32,000 nt of DNA from positions 1 through 32,000 of the forward strand of contig JAWOFX010000078.1 of NCBI GenBank assembly GCA_046497275.1. The letters run 5' to 3'. Below, one piece after another: positions 17,783-28,085 of this stretch. The notes under the pieces were generated by a model. That model was not told the origin of the DNA. It searched no databases and was given only the letters and a program-made list of their open reading frames with translations. This DNA comes from Promethearchaeia archaeon. Its GTDB lineage: Archaea > Asgardarchaeota > Lokiarchaeia > Sigyniarchaeales > SOKP01. The first letter of the stretch is position 1. Each line of letters starts with the position of its first letter. The position numbers and the translations under genes are program-made.

Positions 17783-18379
17783 TTATTTTTTATTATTCAT
17801 ATCATCTATGAACCTAGAAATTTTTGCTGAGCAAGATTTGCAAAATTCTATGGGTTTTTCATCCGTCTGAGCTAAATAATTAGAGAACCGCATGATACAA
17901 TAATTATCACAATGGTTTAAGCCGAGAGTATGACCAAGTTCGTGCACTGCTTCCTTAAGAGTTCTTTCCCTAAATAAATCCTCATCTTTTTTTTTGTTAT
18001 AAAATTCTTCCTTTAATCGACTCACAGATATAATTGAAACTCCAAAATTTCTGGTTGCTTTAGAGTTTGGCGGAGTGGCAATTCCAAAAACAAAATTTAA
18101 TCCGCTTGAATAAATATCAACATCTAAAACACCCAGGGTTCTAAAATATTGTTCCTTTTTTGAATGATTAAATAGGCGAGTTAAAATTTTAGAACCATCG
18201 TATTGTCTTCTTATTTCATTATATTCAGATTCTAGCAATGGTAAAGGTTCTTCAGCAAGAATGATAAATAAGTTAAATTTCTCAAACCTTTTTTTCAACC
18301 CTTTTTCTAAATTTTTTAATGTTTTATTATTGATTTTTCCGATTTCTTGTAAATAGATCTTTTTTTTTGGCTTAATCAT
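17783..18379 (-). CDS. amzA: Archaemetzincin (peptidase M54)
   Basis: KEAVHELGHTLGLNHC..YCIMRFSN...FCKSC (HExxHxxGxxH, Met-turn and Cys4 site), RRQYDG, LNFVFG. Confidence 0.93.
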   Translation of the reverse strand: MIKPKKKIYLQEIGKINNKTLKNLEKGLKKRFEKFNLFIILAEEPLPLLESEYNEIRRQYDGSKILTRLFNHSKKEQYFRTLGVLDVDIYSSGLNFVFGIATPPNSKATRNFGVSIISVSRLKEEFYNKKKDEDLFRERTLKEAVHELGHTLGLNHCDNYCIMRFSNYLAQTDEKPIEFCKSCSAKISRFIDDMNNKK

Positions 18380-18661
18380 TTTAAAGTAAAAGAAATTAGA
18401 AAAAATTTAAATGTACGGTGTAAAAATCATTAATTTATCGTAAGTATATATATTAATAATTAATCAGCTGCTTGTAATAATCTAATTATAATAAAGCTTT
18501 TAAAAAGAAATCATACGAATATAAAGTAAAATCTTGATATAGTTTCAAATATTAACAGAATCTGAAATTTCGGATTATTCTTCTTTAATCTAAGATTTTT
18601 AAGTTAATATATCCTTTCATTAATTGGGTCAAAATAAATTTTAAAAGAGATCCATAATTAG

Positions 18662-18838
18662 GTGAAAATTTTGAATTATTGTCCAGTATGCAACAACTTA
18701 TTAGTTCCAAAAGATGATCATTTATATTGTAGAGTCTGTGATAAGAATTACAAACTCGTTAAAAATCAGGAGGGAGAATATAAAAACGTGACAAAATTAA
18801 ATCCTAAAGAAGAGATTGAGCCCCTTGTTATTGATTAA
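18662..18838 (+). CDS. Zn-ribbon mini-protein resembling the N-terminal domain of TFS/RpoM (RPB9/A12.2/C11), 58 aa; missed by the track
   Basis: GTG start (or TTG at 18671): MKILNYCPVCNNLLVPKDDHLYCRVCDKNYKLVKNQEGEYKNVTKLNPKEEIEPLVID. Confidence 0.65.
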   Translation: MKILNYCPVCNNLLVPKDDHLYCRVCDKNYKLVKNQEGEYKNVTKLNPKEEIEPLVID

Positions 18839-19067
18839 AGAATCATTTTCTCACAGAGAAAGAGAATCGTAGAAGAAAATTAAATCTCAAATTTTTATTT
18901 TTAATTCAAAAGTATCTTTAAGCTACTCATTTTTAATTAATTCCATTTTTTTTTAAGATAAATTAAAGTTTCTTAGAATAATTAGATTATAACGTTAAAA
19001 ATTATAAATTAAATCAGAAGAAGATCAATATAGACTGAGATTAATAATATAATGAAAATGATATGAA

Positions 19068-19700
19068 ATGGTAATATGTAGATATTTAGGGAGATCATGT
19101 GTTGAGGTTATAGCCGATAAGGATCATATTATAATTGATCCAAATTATGTTGAATTTCCAAGGAAAGGAATCAATAAAATCCTTTTAACGCATGAGCATG
19201 ATGATCATCTTTCTCAAGAGAAAATTCAGAGGATATTTAAAGAATTTATTAGAGAAGATCAAGAATTCCAAATTTTTGGTCCCATTTCCACCAAGGAAAA
19301 AATAGCAATAGAAGAACCATTTATAGTTAAAGATGGATCCGTTATTGAGTTAAATGATGGAAGAATTGAAGTTTTTAAAATAGATTGTTGGGGTTCTGAA
19401 GCATGTGTGGCTTATTTGATCTATATTGATGATAAAAGAATATTACATACAGCAGATTCGGCAAATTATTCTGATCGACTCAGAACCATAGAAAAAGCTG
19501 TTGATTGTTGTTTTGTTGCAACATTCGAAGATTATTATGATAATTATTTGCATTTTATTAAAACCATAATGCCAAAATTAACTATCCCTTATCATTTTGG
19601 TCCTGATAAGAAGGAGATTGGAAAGAAAACAGCCGAATTTCTACAAAAAAATGATATTAATGTAAAATATTTAAATCCCGGAGAAGAAATTAATCTTTGA
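19068..19700 (+). CDS. Metallo-beta-lactamase fold hydrolase
   Basis: IIIDP, THEHDDH (HxHxDH), HTADS, PYHF. Confidence 0.88.
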   Translation: MVICRYLGRSCVEVIADKDHIIIDPNYVEFPRKGINKILLTHEHDDHLSQEKIQRIFKEFIREDQEFQIFGPISTKEKIAIEEPFIVKDGSVIELNDGRIEVFKIDCWGSEACVAYLIYIDDKRILHTADSANYSDRLRTIEKAVDCCFVATFEDYYDNYLHFIKTIMPKLTIPYHFGPDKKEIGKKTAEFLQKNDINVKYLNPGEEINL

Positions 19701-19872
19701 GATAAATTTCAAAATCTCTAAAGTCAATTTCTCCGAATTAAATGTTATATACACTTTTTTTAAATAAATACCAATAATAAGTATAAATAAAAACATCATC
19801 AAAATAATTAAAGATATAGAAAAATCTCATAAAATTATGCGAATCAAAATAAAGAGACAATGGTAAATTCTT

Positions 19873-20808
19873 ATGATAAAAGATCTTATTAAAGTTAATA
19901 ATCTTTCGAAAGACTTTGGTGAAGTCTTGGCTGTTGATAAGATAAGATTTAGCGTTGACCAAGGAGAAATATTTGGATTCCTTGGGCCAAACGGAGCGGG
20001 AAAAACAACCACAATCCGTATGATGACCGGAGTGTTGAAACCTACATCAGGTACCATTGAAATTTATGGAAAAAATGTCTGGAAAAATCAGATAATGGTT
20101 AAACAGATCCTTGGGAACGTCCCCGAAATGGCGAATGTGTATATGGATTTAACAGGTTTACAAAATTTAAATTTCTTGGGAGAAGTATACGGAATACCAA
20201 AAAAAGAAAGAATAGATAAAGCTATAACCCTTTTAAAAAAGTTTGAACTATTTGAACGGAAAGATAGTCTTGCAAAAAAATATTCAAAAGGAATGAAGCA
20301 ACGATTATTATTATGTATGGCTTTGATGAGTAATCCGAAAATTCTATTTCTTGACGAGCCAACATCTGGATTAGATGTCCATTCAAGTATAATTATAAAA
20401 AATTTAATAAAAGAATATAATAAAGATGGGATGACAATCTTTCTTACAACACATAATATGGACGTGGCAAATGAAATGTGTCATAGAATCGCTATTATTA
20501 ATAAAGGAAAAATTATAAGATTAGATACTCCAGAAAATTTACGAACAATAGAAAAAGAATTTCAATCAATTGACCTTTATCTTTCTAAAAAAATTGATCT
20601 TTCTGCTTTAGAACAATTAAATGGAATTGAGAACGCAAAACAAATAAAGAATTATTATCACCTCATTGTTAATAATATAGATGAAGCAATTCAGCAAATT
20701 ATCGATTTTACGAGATCTAATGATATTAAGATTAATAAAATCAATACCCCAGAACCCAGCTTAGAAGAAGTATTTATTAATGCGATTAATGGAGGTGAGA
20801 AGAATTAG
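19873..20808 (+). CDS. ABC transporter ATP-binding protein (DrrA/NodI-like exporter)
   Basis: Walker A GPNGAGKTT, signature YSKGMKQR, Walker B LFLDEPT, H-loop TTH. Confidence 0.97.
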   Translation: MIKDLIKVNNLSKDFGEVLAVDKIRFSVDQGEIFGFLGPNGAGKTTTIRMMTGVLKPTSGTIEIYGKNVWKNQIMVKQILGNVPEMANVYMDLTGLQNLNFLGEVYGIPKKERIDKAITLLKKFELFERKDSLAKKYSKGMKQRLLLCMALMSNPKILFLDEPTSGLDVHSSIIIKNLIKEYNKDGMTIFLTTHNMDVANEMCHRIAIINKGKIIRLDTPENLRTIEKEFQSIDLYLSKKIDLSALEQLNGIENAKQIKNYYHLIVNNIDEAIQQIIDFTRSNDIKINKINTPEPSLEEVFINAINGGEKN

Positions 20809-21589
20809 AGAAGAGGTATTTGAGGAAAAATCAAAAGTAAAATTAATAATCGAGCAAATAAGAAGATCATTCGCCATCGCAAAAAAAGATTTAAAGATTT
20901 ATTACAATAAAGGACCCGTGGTGATCCAGGGTATAGCTTTCCCAATTATTTTATTCTTAGCATTCACTATTGGTAGAGAAATTCTTCCCCTTTTTATCAT
21001 TAGTGGTTTAATAACAATGGTACTATTTTTAACATCAACTTCCATCGGCCCCGTGGTTTTTCCATGGGAAACAAGACAGAAAACTCTTGAACGCTTAATA
21101 ACTTGTCCAATCTCTATCAAAACAATCCTTTTAGGAAATGTGTGGAGTTCCTTTCTTTTTGGATGCATATTTTCAATTGTTCCTTTAACATTAGGGATAA
21201 TATTTCTAGAACTTTGGAGAGATATAAACCTCTTGATTTTGATTCCTGGCATTATATTAGCAGCGTTTTCTTTTTCCTCCTTTAGTTTAATTCTCTCGGT
21301 ACCTCCAACTGATACTCCAGCAAATACGATGATTCTTACAATTCTTATTAAATTTCCCTTGATATTCATTAGTCCCTTATTTATGCCTATTAAATTAAAT
21401 CCTTTAATCCTTATCTCTCCATTAACTTACTTCATTGATCTCTTGAATACTGGTCTCAGAGAGGCAAGTGCGTTTGGAGCTTTTGGTTTGATTATTGATT
21501 TTGGATTTCTTTTATTATTTGGGTTCGGATTTCTTTTCCTTGCGTTCATCTTACATGCAATAACACTTCAAAAAAGATTTAAAGGTTGA
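20780..21589 (+). CDS. ABC-2 type permease (start uncertain, 20780-20804)
   Basis: About 6 TM, ETRQKTLERLITCPI, SPLTY; overlaps the ATPase stop codon. Confidence 0.9.
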   Translation: MRLMEVRRIREEVFEEKSKVKLIIEQIRRSFAIAKKDLKIYYNKGPVVIQGIAFPIILFLAFTIGREILPLFIISGLITMVLFLTSTSIGPVVFPWETRQKTLERLITCPISIKTILLGNVWSSFLFGCIFSIVPLTLGIIFLELWRDINLLILIPGIILAAFSFSSFSLILSVPPTDTPANTMILTILIKFPLIFISPLFMPIKLNPLILISPLTYFIDLLNTGLREASAFGAFGLIIDFGFLLLFGFGFLFLAFILHAITLQKRFKG

Positions 21590-21609
21590 AAAATTAACTT
21601 CTGAGAAAA

Positions 21610-21654
21610 TTTTAATAAAAAATTAGAATTTCGTACTATTCTTTTTTATTAAAA
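21610..21654 (+). terminator. Long AT-rich hairpin after the ABC operon
   Basis: TTTTAATAAAAA(ATT)AGAAT - loop TTCGTACT - ATTCT TTTTTATTAAAA. Confidence 0.4.
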
Positions 21655-21788
21655 ATAATGGTTTTTCGTAAAAAAATTATCTAAGCTCATCAAAAAAGAT
21701 AAAAGTTATAATGATTTATATAAAATTGTAGTAGATAATATTATCAGATCTTTAAACACTTTTTATATTTTCAAGGTGCTAAATAAGT

Positions 21789-22427
21789 ATGTCAATGCAA
21801 AAAATTATAACTCAATTACATGACAATAATAAAGAATTTACTACTTCTGAAGAATTAAAGGAATACAGTCAACAATTATATTATAACTATAATAATGTAA
21901 TTAGTTATTTGTTAAAACAAGGATATCTCTTAAGGATTTTTAAGGGGATATATTATGTAAAAAGTAATGAAGAGATTGAAACTAATAAGCTGAAATATTC
22001 CTTGCTTGAGTTAGTGGGAAAGGGTTTAGAACTTAGGGGTATTAGCAATTGGTACTATGGATTATATACTGCTTTAAAATTGAATAATTATCCTGTGGAA
22101 GAAGAGCGGGATTTATTTTTTATAATGAGTGATAGATTATTTAAAACAAAACCAGTAGAGATTGCTGGACATTCATTCAAATTCATTAAATTAAAATATT
22201 CATTATTCGATTTTGGCACAATTAATCAAAAAGTTAAATATTCCAATTTAGAAAAAACAGTTTTAGACTTTATTTACCTATGGAAATACAACGGGATTCA
22301 CGATCAGAAAATAATAGTAGATATCCAAGAATTTATGGAGGGAGTGGAAGGGGAAAGAATTTTAAAATATGCCCAGTATTATCCTAAAAGCAATTTGCGG
22401 ATTCTTCAAGAAGCCTTAAAAAAATAG
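21789..22427 (+). CDS. AbiEi-like (type IV TA antitoxin family) winged-helix protein
   Basis: N-terminal wHTH ending LLRIFKGIYYV, then Y.GLYTAL and C-terminal LEKTVLD. Confidence 0.65.
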   Translation: MSMQKIITQLHDNNKEFTTSEELKEYSQQLYYNYNNVISYLLKQGYLLRIFKGIYYVKSNEEIETNKLKYSLLELVGKGLELRGISNWYYGLYTALKLNNYPVEEERDLFFIMSDRLFKTKPVEIAGHSFKFIKLKYSLFDFGTINQKVKYSNLEKTVLDFIYLWKYNGIHDQKIIVDIQEFMEGVEGERILKYAQYYPKSNLRILQEALKK

Positions 22428-22584
22428 GTAATTTTCTGGAATTTTTTCAAGAAAAACTTCTTCTATTTTCTACTTTCATAATTCTCATTAAATTTCCAAC
22501 TATATCAATACTTTAAAATAGAAATCATTATAAATTATTGTATATATCATTATTTTTAAGAGTAGAAACGAGTTTGAAATTAAA

Positions 22585-23223
22585 ATGGTGAAGATTAGAT
22601 TTTTAGGAAGATCCTGTTTAGAATTGATCACACTTAAAGGGCATTTCATAATTGATCCAAATTATTTACGTCCTCCTACTGAAGGAATAGAGAAGGTTTT
22701 TTTCACTCAAGGGAATATGTATCATTTTGATCCTAGTAAGTTAAAAGAAATTCAAGATAATTACTTTGAGAATGAAAAGGATGAAAAGGAACTAGAAATT
22801 TATGGACCAGATATTTTAAGAGATAAAACAGAGTTCGAAATTAAAAAGATAAAAGATGGAAAGAAAATTACTTTTGAGGATACTGAGATTACAGTATTTG
22901 AAGTGGAATGTGAAAGATCAGAAAAATGTTATTCTTATGTGTTTACAATTGGGGAAGTAAGAGTATTATATACTGCAGATTCCGCCCTTTTTTCTGATAG
23001 ACTAAAAAATTTTCAAGAAAAGATTGATTATTGTTTTATTGCATGTTTTGAGGAGAATTTTGAAGATTATCTATTGTTTTTACAAAAAATAAACCCGAAA
23101 GTTACTTTTCCGTTTCATTTTATTGAAGGTGAGGAGGAAAAGGCTAAAAAATTAGTTGAATATTTAATGAATAACGGTCTTGAATCCTCATTTCTTGATA
23201 TTGGGGATGAGTTTGAATTCTAA
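22585..23223 (+). CDS. MBL-fold paralogue of 19068..19700 with a degenerate metal site
   Basis: Aligns end to end with the 19068 protein; TQGNMYH replaces THEHDDH. Confidence 0.85.
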   Translation: MVKIRFLGRSCLELITLKGHFIIDPNYLRPPTEGIEKVFFTQGNMYHFDPSKLKEIQDNYFENEKDEKELEIYGPDILRDKTEFEIKKIKDGKKITFEDTEITVFEVECERSEKCYSYVFTIGEVRVLYTADSALFSDRLKNFQEKIDYCFIACFEENFEDYLLFLQKINPKVTFPFHFIEGEEEKAKKLVEYLMNNGLESSFLDIGDEFEF

Positions 23224-23249
23224 AATAGCTAAATTTTTTATTTTGTAAG

Positions 23250-23789
23250 ATGGAAGAATGGCTAAATTCGAAAGGAGAAATCATATTAAGAGAAATAGGG
23301 ATAAGGGAGTCCCAAAAAGTTGTGGATTTTGGGTGTGGTGAAGGAGTATATAGTATAATAATATCCAAAATAATTGGCGAGACAGGAAGAGTCATAGCAA
23401 TAGACAAAAATCAAGAGAGATTAGATGAATTGAGAGAAAAAATAGTAGAACACAATATAGATAATATAGAGTTATTGCATCTCCCTGAGGATTCCACTTT
23501 GCCGATAGAAGATACTTCTATTGATGTATTTTTATTATATGATGTTTATCATCTATTAGATAAAAAACAGAGATTGAGAGTTATAGAAGAAGCTGCCAGA
23601 GTTCTACACGAAGATGGATTGCTATCATACCATGCAACTCACTTAGATTCTTATGAAGTAAATCTTAAAGAAGTGAAAAAGCACATGCAAGAGCATAATT
23701 TAGTTTTTAAAAAAAAATATAAAAAACCAATGTTTCATTGGAGTTGGATTGAAGAGGGTGTAATATTAAACTTCTTTAAAAATCTTTAA
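23250..23789 (+). CDS. Class I SAM-dependent methyltransferase (UbiE-like)
   Basis: VVDFGCGEG, VIAIDKN, SIDV, RVL..DG. Confidence 0.88.
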   Translation: MEEWLNSKGEIILREIGIRESQKVVDFGCGEGVYSIIISKIIGETGRVIAIDKNQERLDELREKIVEHNIDNIELLHLPEDSTLPIEDTSIDVFLLYDVYHLLDKKQRLRVIEEAARVLHEDGLLSYHATHLDSYEVNLKEVKKHMQEHNLVFKKKYKKPMFHWSWIEEGVILNFFKNL

Positions 23790-24011
23790 AATCAAAATTT
23801 AGGACTAACTAAATTATTCCTAAAAAATTCTATAAAACAAGTCTTTCTTATCTATTCTTTAAATTTTATTAATAACTATAAATAAATTAGAAATTTCTCT
23901 TACATTAATTAAAGAGATGTTCAAATTTCGTTATGGACTATTAAATTAATATTAAAAAACCTCATTCAACACTAATTAAATGAATTAAAATTAATATAAA
24001 AAGGTGAGAAA

Positions 24012-24365
24012 ATGACAGAAACTATACCGAAAGTTGATGAGGGAAAAGAAGAAGAAAAGAAAAAGGGTCTCCGAAAAAGGATTTTTTCACCAGAGATGTG
24101 CTCATATACAAATGAAGATGCTACGGGATATGTTATTGAAGTGGTTTTACCCGGTGTAGGAAAAGAAACTATAGATCTAAAAATCACAGAGGATAGTGTA
24201 TTTATAACAGGTGAGAGTGAAGCGATCCGATATGTTGGATCTTATGGCCTTTGTTGCCCTATTAATACAGAACATGCAAAAGCAAAGTATAATAATGGAT
24301 TACTTAAGATTGAAGCACCATTCAAGGAAATAAATTTAGAGACTGTTGATATAAACATAGATTAG
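24012..24365 (+). CDS. Small heat-shock protein (Hsp20/alpha-crystallin)
   Basis: VVLPGVGKETIDL and AKYNNGLLKI. Confidence 0.88.
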   Translation: MTETIPKVDEGKEEEKKKGLRKRIFSPEMCSYTNEDATGYVIEVVLPGVGKETIDLKITEDSVFITGESEAIRYVGSYGLCCPINTEHAKAKYNNGLLKIEAPFKEINLETVDINID

Positions 24366-24650
24366 AATACTTCACTTCTTCTTTTTTATTTTTTAACTTT
24401 GTAGAATGAAGAGTTATATTTCTATTATTTTTATTTTAATCGGTTTTATAGAATATTTTTTAATTTCCTAATTAATATATAAATTCTCTAATAAACAGTC
24501 TTTAGTTCATTACTTTAAAATCATATTTTCATATCACTAAATTAAATTTTAGCTTTTTCTAAGAGGGTTTGGTTCCATTTTAAGAGGAAGAAAATCTAAT
24601 ATATGAAGAAGTAGAAAGTATATTAATGTAATAAAATTATACAGAGAAAA

Positions 24651-25655
24651 ATGGATCAAAAAAAAGAGTTTATAATAAAACTCATTCCATCAATTTTATA
24701 TTTTGGATTATGTACTATTATACTTCTACTTGACTTTAATATCTGGATAGAAGGCTCTGAGGAGTATCCAAAATTCTATATCATGCCAATAGTAATCTCA
24801 TTGATATTGTATATTTTTTTAATAGTAGCATTAGAGATTTTCAAAAAAGGAAAGTCATTAGAATCATTGGGAAGCGATGTAGATTTTCAGAAAACGGTCT
24901 ATCTTTTCATAATATATTTGATGGTAATATGGGTTCCCAGACAATTTATGATATGGAAATTTGGAATTACATATGAAAAACTTCCTTTACTTTACTTAAT
25001 AGTGACTCAAATAATTTTAGTTGAGGGATTAATTTTAAAAGATTTCGGTCTCAAAAAGCAGAATCTACTGAAAAATATCATTCTAGGATGTCTTATCGCT
25101 CTGTTAGATATTTCTATTATGACACTTGTAAATATTATAATCCCTCTAGCCTTAGAAGGAAATAATGCTTTTTCAATAATCGAAACCTTCGAAATTATGC
25201 AATTTATAACTCTTGCGTGGCAAATGTTAGCAGTTGGTGTAAGTGAGGAACTATTTTTTAGAGGTTATTTCTTTACTAAAATGCGTAGATCGGGTAAATC
25301 ATTTTGGTATGCCACAATTTTTACTTCTATTGTGTTTATGATTTTTCATATTCCTTGGCTTATCAATGCAGATTTAACTTTAAATCTTAGTATCTCTTAT
25401 GTCATTTGGCGTGTAATTAATACATTTCCTTTTGCGATTGTATGTTGTGTTTTATATGAAAAAACAGGGAGTTTGGCTGCCCCAATAGTATACCATGGAT
25501 TTAGTAATTCCTTAACGTCATTTATTTTTCTTTATGTGAGTCCAAGTTCCTTATTTCTAGCAGAAATTCTTATTTCTTCTATAGCATTTTTCAATTTGTT
25601 CTTTATTGCTCTCATAGCGCCAAAATTAGTGAAAATATTAAAAATAAAGAAATAA
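24651..25655 (+). CDS. CPBP (Abi/Rce1-like) intramembrane metalloprotease
   Basis: EELFFRGY, FMIFH, HGFSN motifs; polytopic membrane protein. Confidence 0.9.
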   Translation: MDQKKEFIIKLIPSILYFGLCTIILLLDFNIWIEGSEEYPKFYIMPIVISLILYIFLIVALEIFKKGKSLESLGSDVDFQKTVYLFIIYLMVIWVPRQFMIWKFGITYEKLPLLYLIVTQIILVEGLILKDFGLKKQNLLKNIILGCLIALLDISIMTLVNIIIPLALEGNNAFSIIETFEIMQFITLAWQMLAVGVSEELFFRGYFFTKMRRSGKSFWYATIFTSIVFMIFHIPWLINADLTLNLSISYVIWRVINTFPFAIVCCVLYEKTGSLAAPIVYHGFSNSLTSFIFLYVSPSSLFLAEILISSIAFFNLFFIALIAPKLVKILKIKK

Positions 25656-25662
25656 AAATTAT

Positions 25663-26559
25663 TTATACTCTATTTTTTTTATCAGTATCTCTAAGATCTA
25701 GATCTAAAGGATCCTCTAAAGGCCCACTTATTCCGATCTTTTTAGCGAATTTCTGGATATAGCGTTTTCTATGTTCATATGTCATATCAATTAAAATGAA
25801 TATGGGAACTATAATCAAAGTAAATATGATTGGAAATAATGGCCACGTTATCAAAAAGATTATGTTCGAGATCTCGACAGATCCTCCACCTAAATTAATG
25901 CTTATAAATACCGCTAAGATTTGATAATATGAAATAATCACTGTTATACCCGCATAACCTTTCAATAAATAATTAAGCCACGAACCCACACCTCTCACTT
26001 CTACTGGGAATGTTTTGTCCTTAACTCTATTTCTATTTGTATAAACTATACCAGCATCCAATAAGAACCATACAGCACTAAATGCTGCTAAGGAAAATCC
26101 AAGCAAAAAGGAAATTAATATATTAAATGTTAATCCTTGTGCAAAATCTGTGGTATATCCGACAAAAAACTCTTGAAGTACAGGATTTTCTGATAGTATT
26201 AAAGCAAAATTGATGGTCATTAATACTGGAAAAAAACCTCGCAAAGAACCTTTAAATTCTTTACTTTGACTCCTCTCTTGGATACCGTATTCCATTTTTA
26301 AACCAATTGTGTATTTATGGACAACTAAAAGGAGCGGAGCTAACACGTATCCCGGTAAGATTCCTCCAATAAGTGCAGATGCCCATGAAATTAGTAGAAT
26401 TAACAAGGAGTCAAATCCCATATTTTCAATGGGTGAGAATGCTATAAATCCACTACCTGATGCAAAAAAGCCTAAAATAAATGTGACGAGTAAAAAAATT
26501 ACAAAAATTATTGTGGTTATAATTAAAGGTTTTTTATATCGTTTGATTGTCATTTTCAA
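25663..26559 (-). CDS. Hypothetical polytopic membrane protein
   Basis: 298 aa with about 6-7 hydrophobic segments; no family recognised. Confidence 0.75.
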   Translation of the reverse strand: MKMTIKRYKKPLIITTIIFVIFLLVTFILGFFASGSGFIAFSPIENMGFDSLLILLISWASALIGGILPGYVLAPLLLVVHKYTIGLKMEYGIQERSQSKEFKGSLRGFFPVLMTINFALILSENPVLQEFFVGYTTDFAQGLTFNILISFLLGFSLAAFSAVWFLLDAGIVYTNRNRVKDKTFPVEVRGVGSWLNYLLKGYAGITVIISYYQILAVFISINLGGGSVEISNIIFLITWPLFPIIFTLIIVPIFILIDMTYEHRKRYIQKFAKKIGISGPLEDPLDLDLRDTDKKNRV

Positions 26560-26710
26560 ATCAAGGAAAATTTTTTATTTAGTATAATTATTAGAATCAA
26601 TTTAATTGAACTAATATAAAAAATTTCTTGTTTTTGCCTAGTTTCGCTAATAGAATAATATTAATTCATTGGAAATCTTTAATAAAGCTCATAAGTATTA
26701 TTATTTAGAT

Positions 26711-27901
26711 ATGGATGCAAAAGAACGAGTATTAAATGCAATAGAACACAAGGAATCAGATAGAATCCCATCATTTGAGCTTTCAATAGATAATTTGAGC
26801 ATTTGTAAGCATTTTGAGGAAGAGTACGTTTTTCAAGGTATCGTGAAAAGCTTTCAACAAACATATAAATTGTGTGAGGGGGATACTGACGCCTTGACAA
26901 AAACGATTTTAATGGCTACTGAAACACGATCGTATCTTAAAAATACATTAAATAGACATCTAAGTCTGTATCAAAAAATTGGGATAGATTTATCTATAGT
27001 TCCTTTTACAGGCTATATTTTATTTCCAAAAAATTGTTTTGAGGATTATTTTATAGATGAGTATGGTCGGATTTTTGATTTAAAAAGAAATCCCTCGGAT
27101 ATGATGGATATTGCATATTATAAAACAGGTTATTTTGAAAATTTCGAAGATTATGAAAATTTCGAAAGACCAAATCCTAAGGAAGCAAGAAGAGAAACAT
27201 ATTTTAAGGCAATGAAAAAAACGGAGAAACAGTATAAAGGTGAGGTATTTGTAATCCCGTCAATGTGGGGGGTATTTGAATCCACATGGCAATCATTTGG
27301 GTTTTCCACATTTAGCAAATTAATGCGAGATCCTCGCAAGATGGAAAATATTTTTAATGAGAGAGGGAACTTTGCATTAGAATTAGCTAAGACTTTCATA
27401 GAATGGGGGGAAGATGGAGCGATTCTAATATATGATGATTATGGATATAAATCAGGTCTATTAATGAACCCTAAAATGTTGCAGAAATATGTTATTCCTT
27501 GGATAGAAAAAATATGCCAAGAAGCTCATAAAAGTGGTGTGAAAATTATTCTTCATAGTTGTGGTGATGTTTATGAAATATTTGATGATCTTGTAAACAC
27601 AGGAATCGATGCTATCCACCCTATCGAACCAACTACAAGTAATCCAAAATATGATATCTTTCAATTGGCTAAAAAATATGGAGAGCGTCTTACATTTATT
27701 GGGAATGTTTCTCCTCAGGATTTAGCTAATAAGGACACAGCATATATTAAAAATTATACTTCCAAATTAATTAAGAAATTAGGACCAAATGGAGGATATA
27801 TTATGAGTTCAGGGCATAGCATTAATCCAGCAGTGAAATTGGAAAACTTTTTGGCTATGTATGAAACTTTAGAAAAGGAAGGGGTATATCCTATAAATTA
27901 A
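26711..27901 (+). CDS. Uroporphyrinogen decarboxylase / MtaA-like methyltransferase family protein
   Basis: Likely start MDAKERV at 26711; DRIP, DDYG, LHSCG, IHPIEP, FIGNVSP, GGYIMSSGH. Confidence 0.88.
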   Translation: MDAKERVLNAIEHKESDRIPSFELSIDNLSICKHFEEEYVFQGIVKSFQQTYKLCEGDTDALTKTILMATETRSYLKNTLNRHLSLYQKIGIDLSIVPFTGYILFPKNCFEDYFIDEYGRIFDLKRNPSDMMDIAYYKTGYFENFEDYENFERPNPKEARRETYFKAMKKTEKQYKGEVFVIPSMWGVFESTWQSFGFSTFSKLMRDPRKMENIFNERGNFALELAKTFIEWGEDGAILIYDDYGYKSGLLMNPKMLQKYVIPWIEKICQEAHKSGVKIILHSCGDVYEIFDDLVNTGIDAIHPIEPTTSNPKYDIFQLAKKYGERLTFIGNVSPQDLANKDTAYIKNYTSKLIKKLGPNGGYIMSSGHSINPAVKLENFLAMYETLEKEGVYPIN

Positions 27902-28085
27902 AATCAAATATTTCTAATTTACTTTTTAAAATAAAAAGCATACTTATACTTCTAAAAATTAGTATCAGTTCAGTTATATTTTATTGATCATTATAAGAAC
28001 TCTTTTGAGGTTTTATCAATCTATACTATCAATAATGAATGATTAAATAATCATAATTGATATTAAAAAACTATAAAAAACGATA

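Noticed and set aside
15825-25655. ICMT-like and Rce1/CPBP-like genes in the same window as Rab-like GTPases, suggesting a CaaX-processing pathway.
   Set aside because: The genes are unlinked, both families are widespread in prokaryotes, neither GTPase has a C-terminal Cys, and no prenyltransferase is present.
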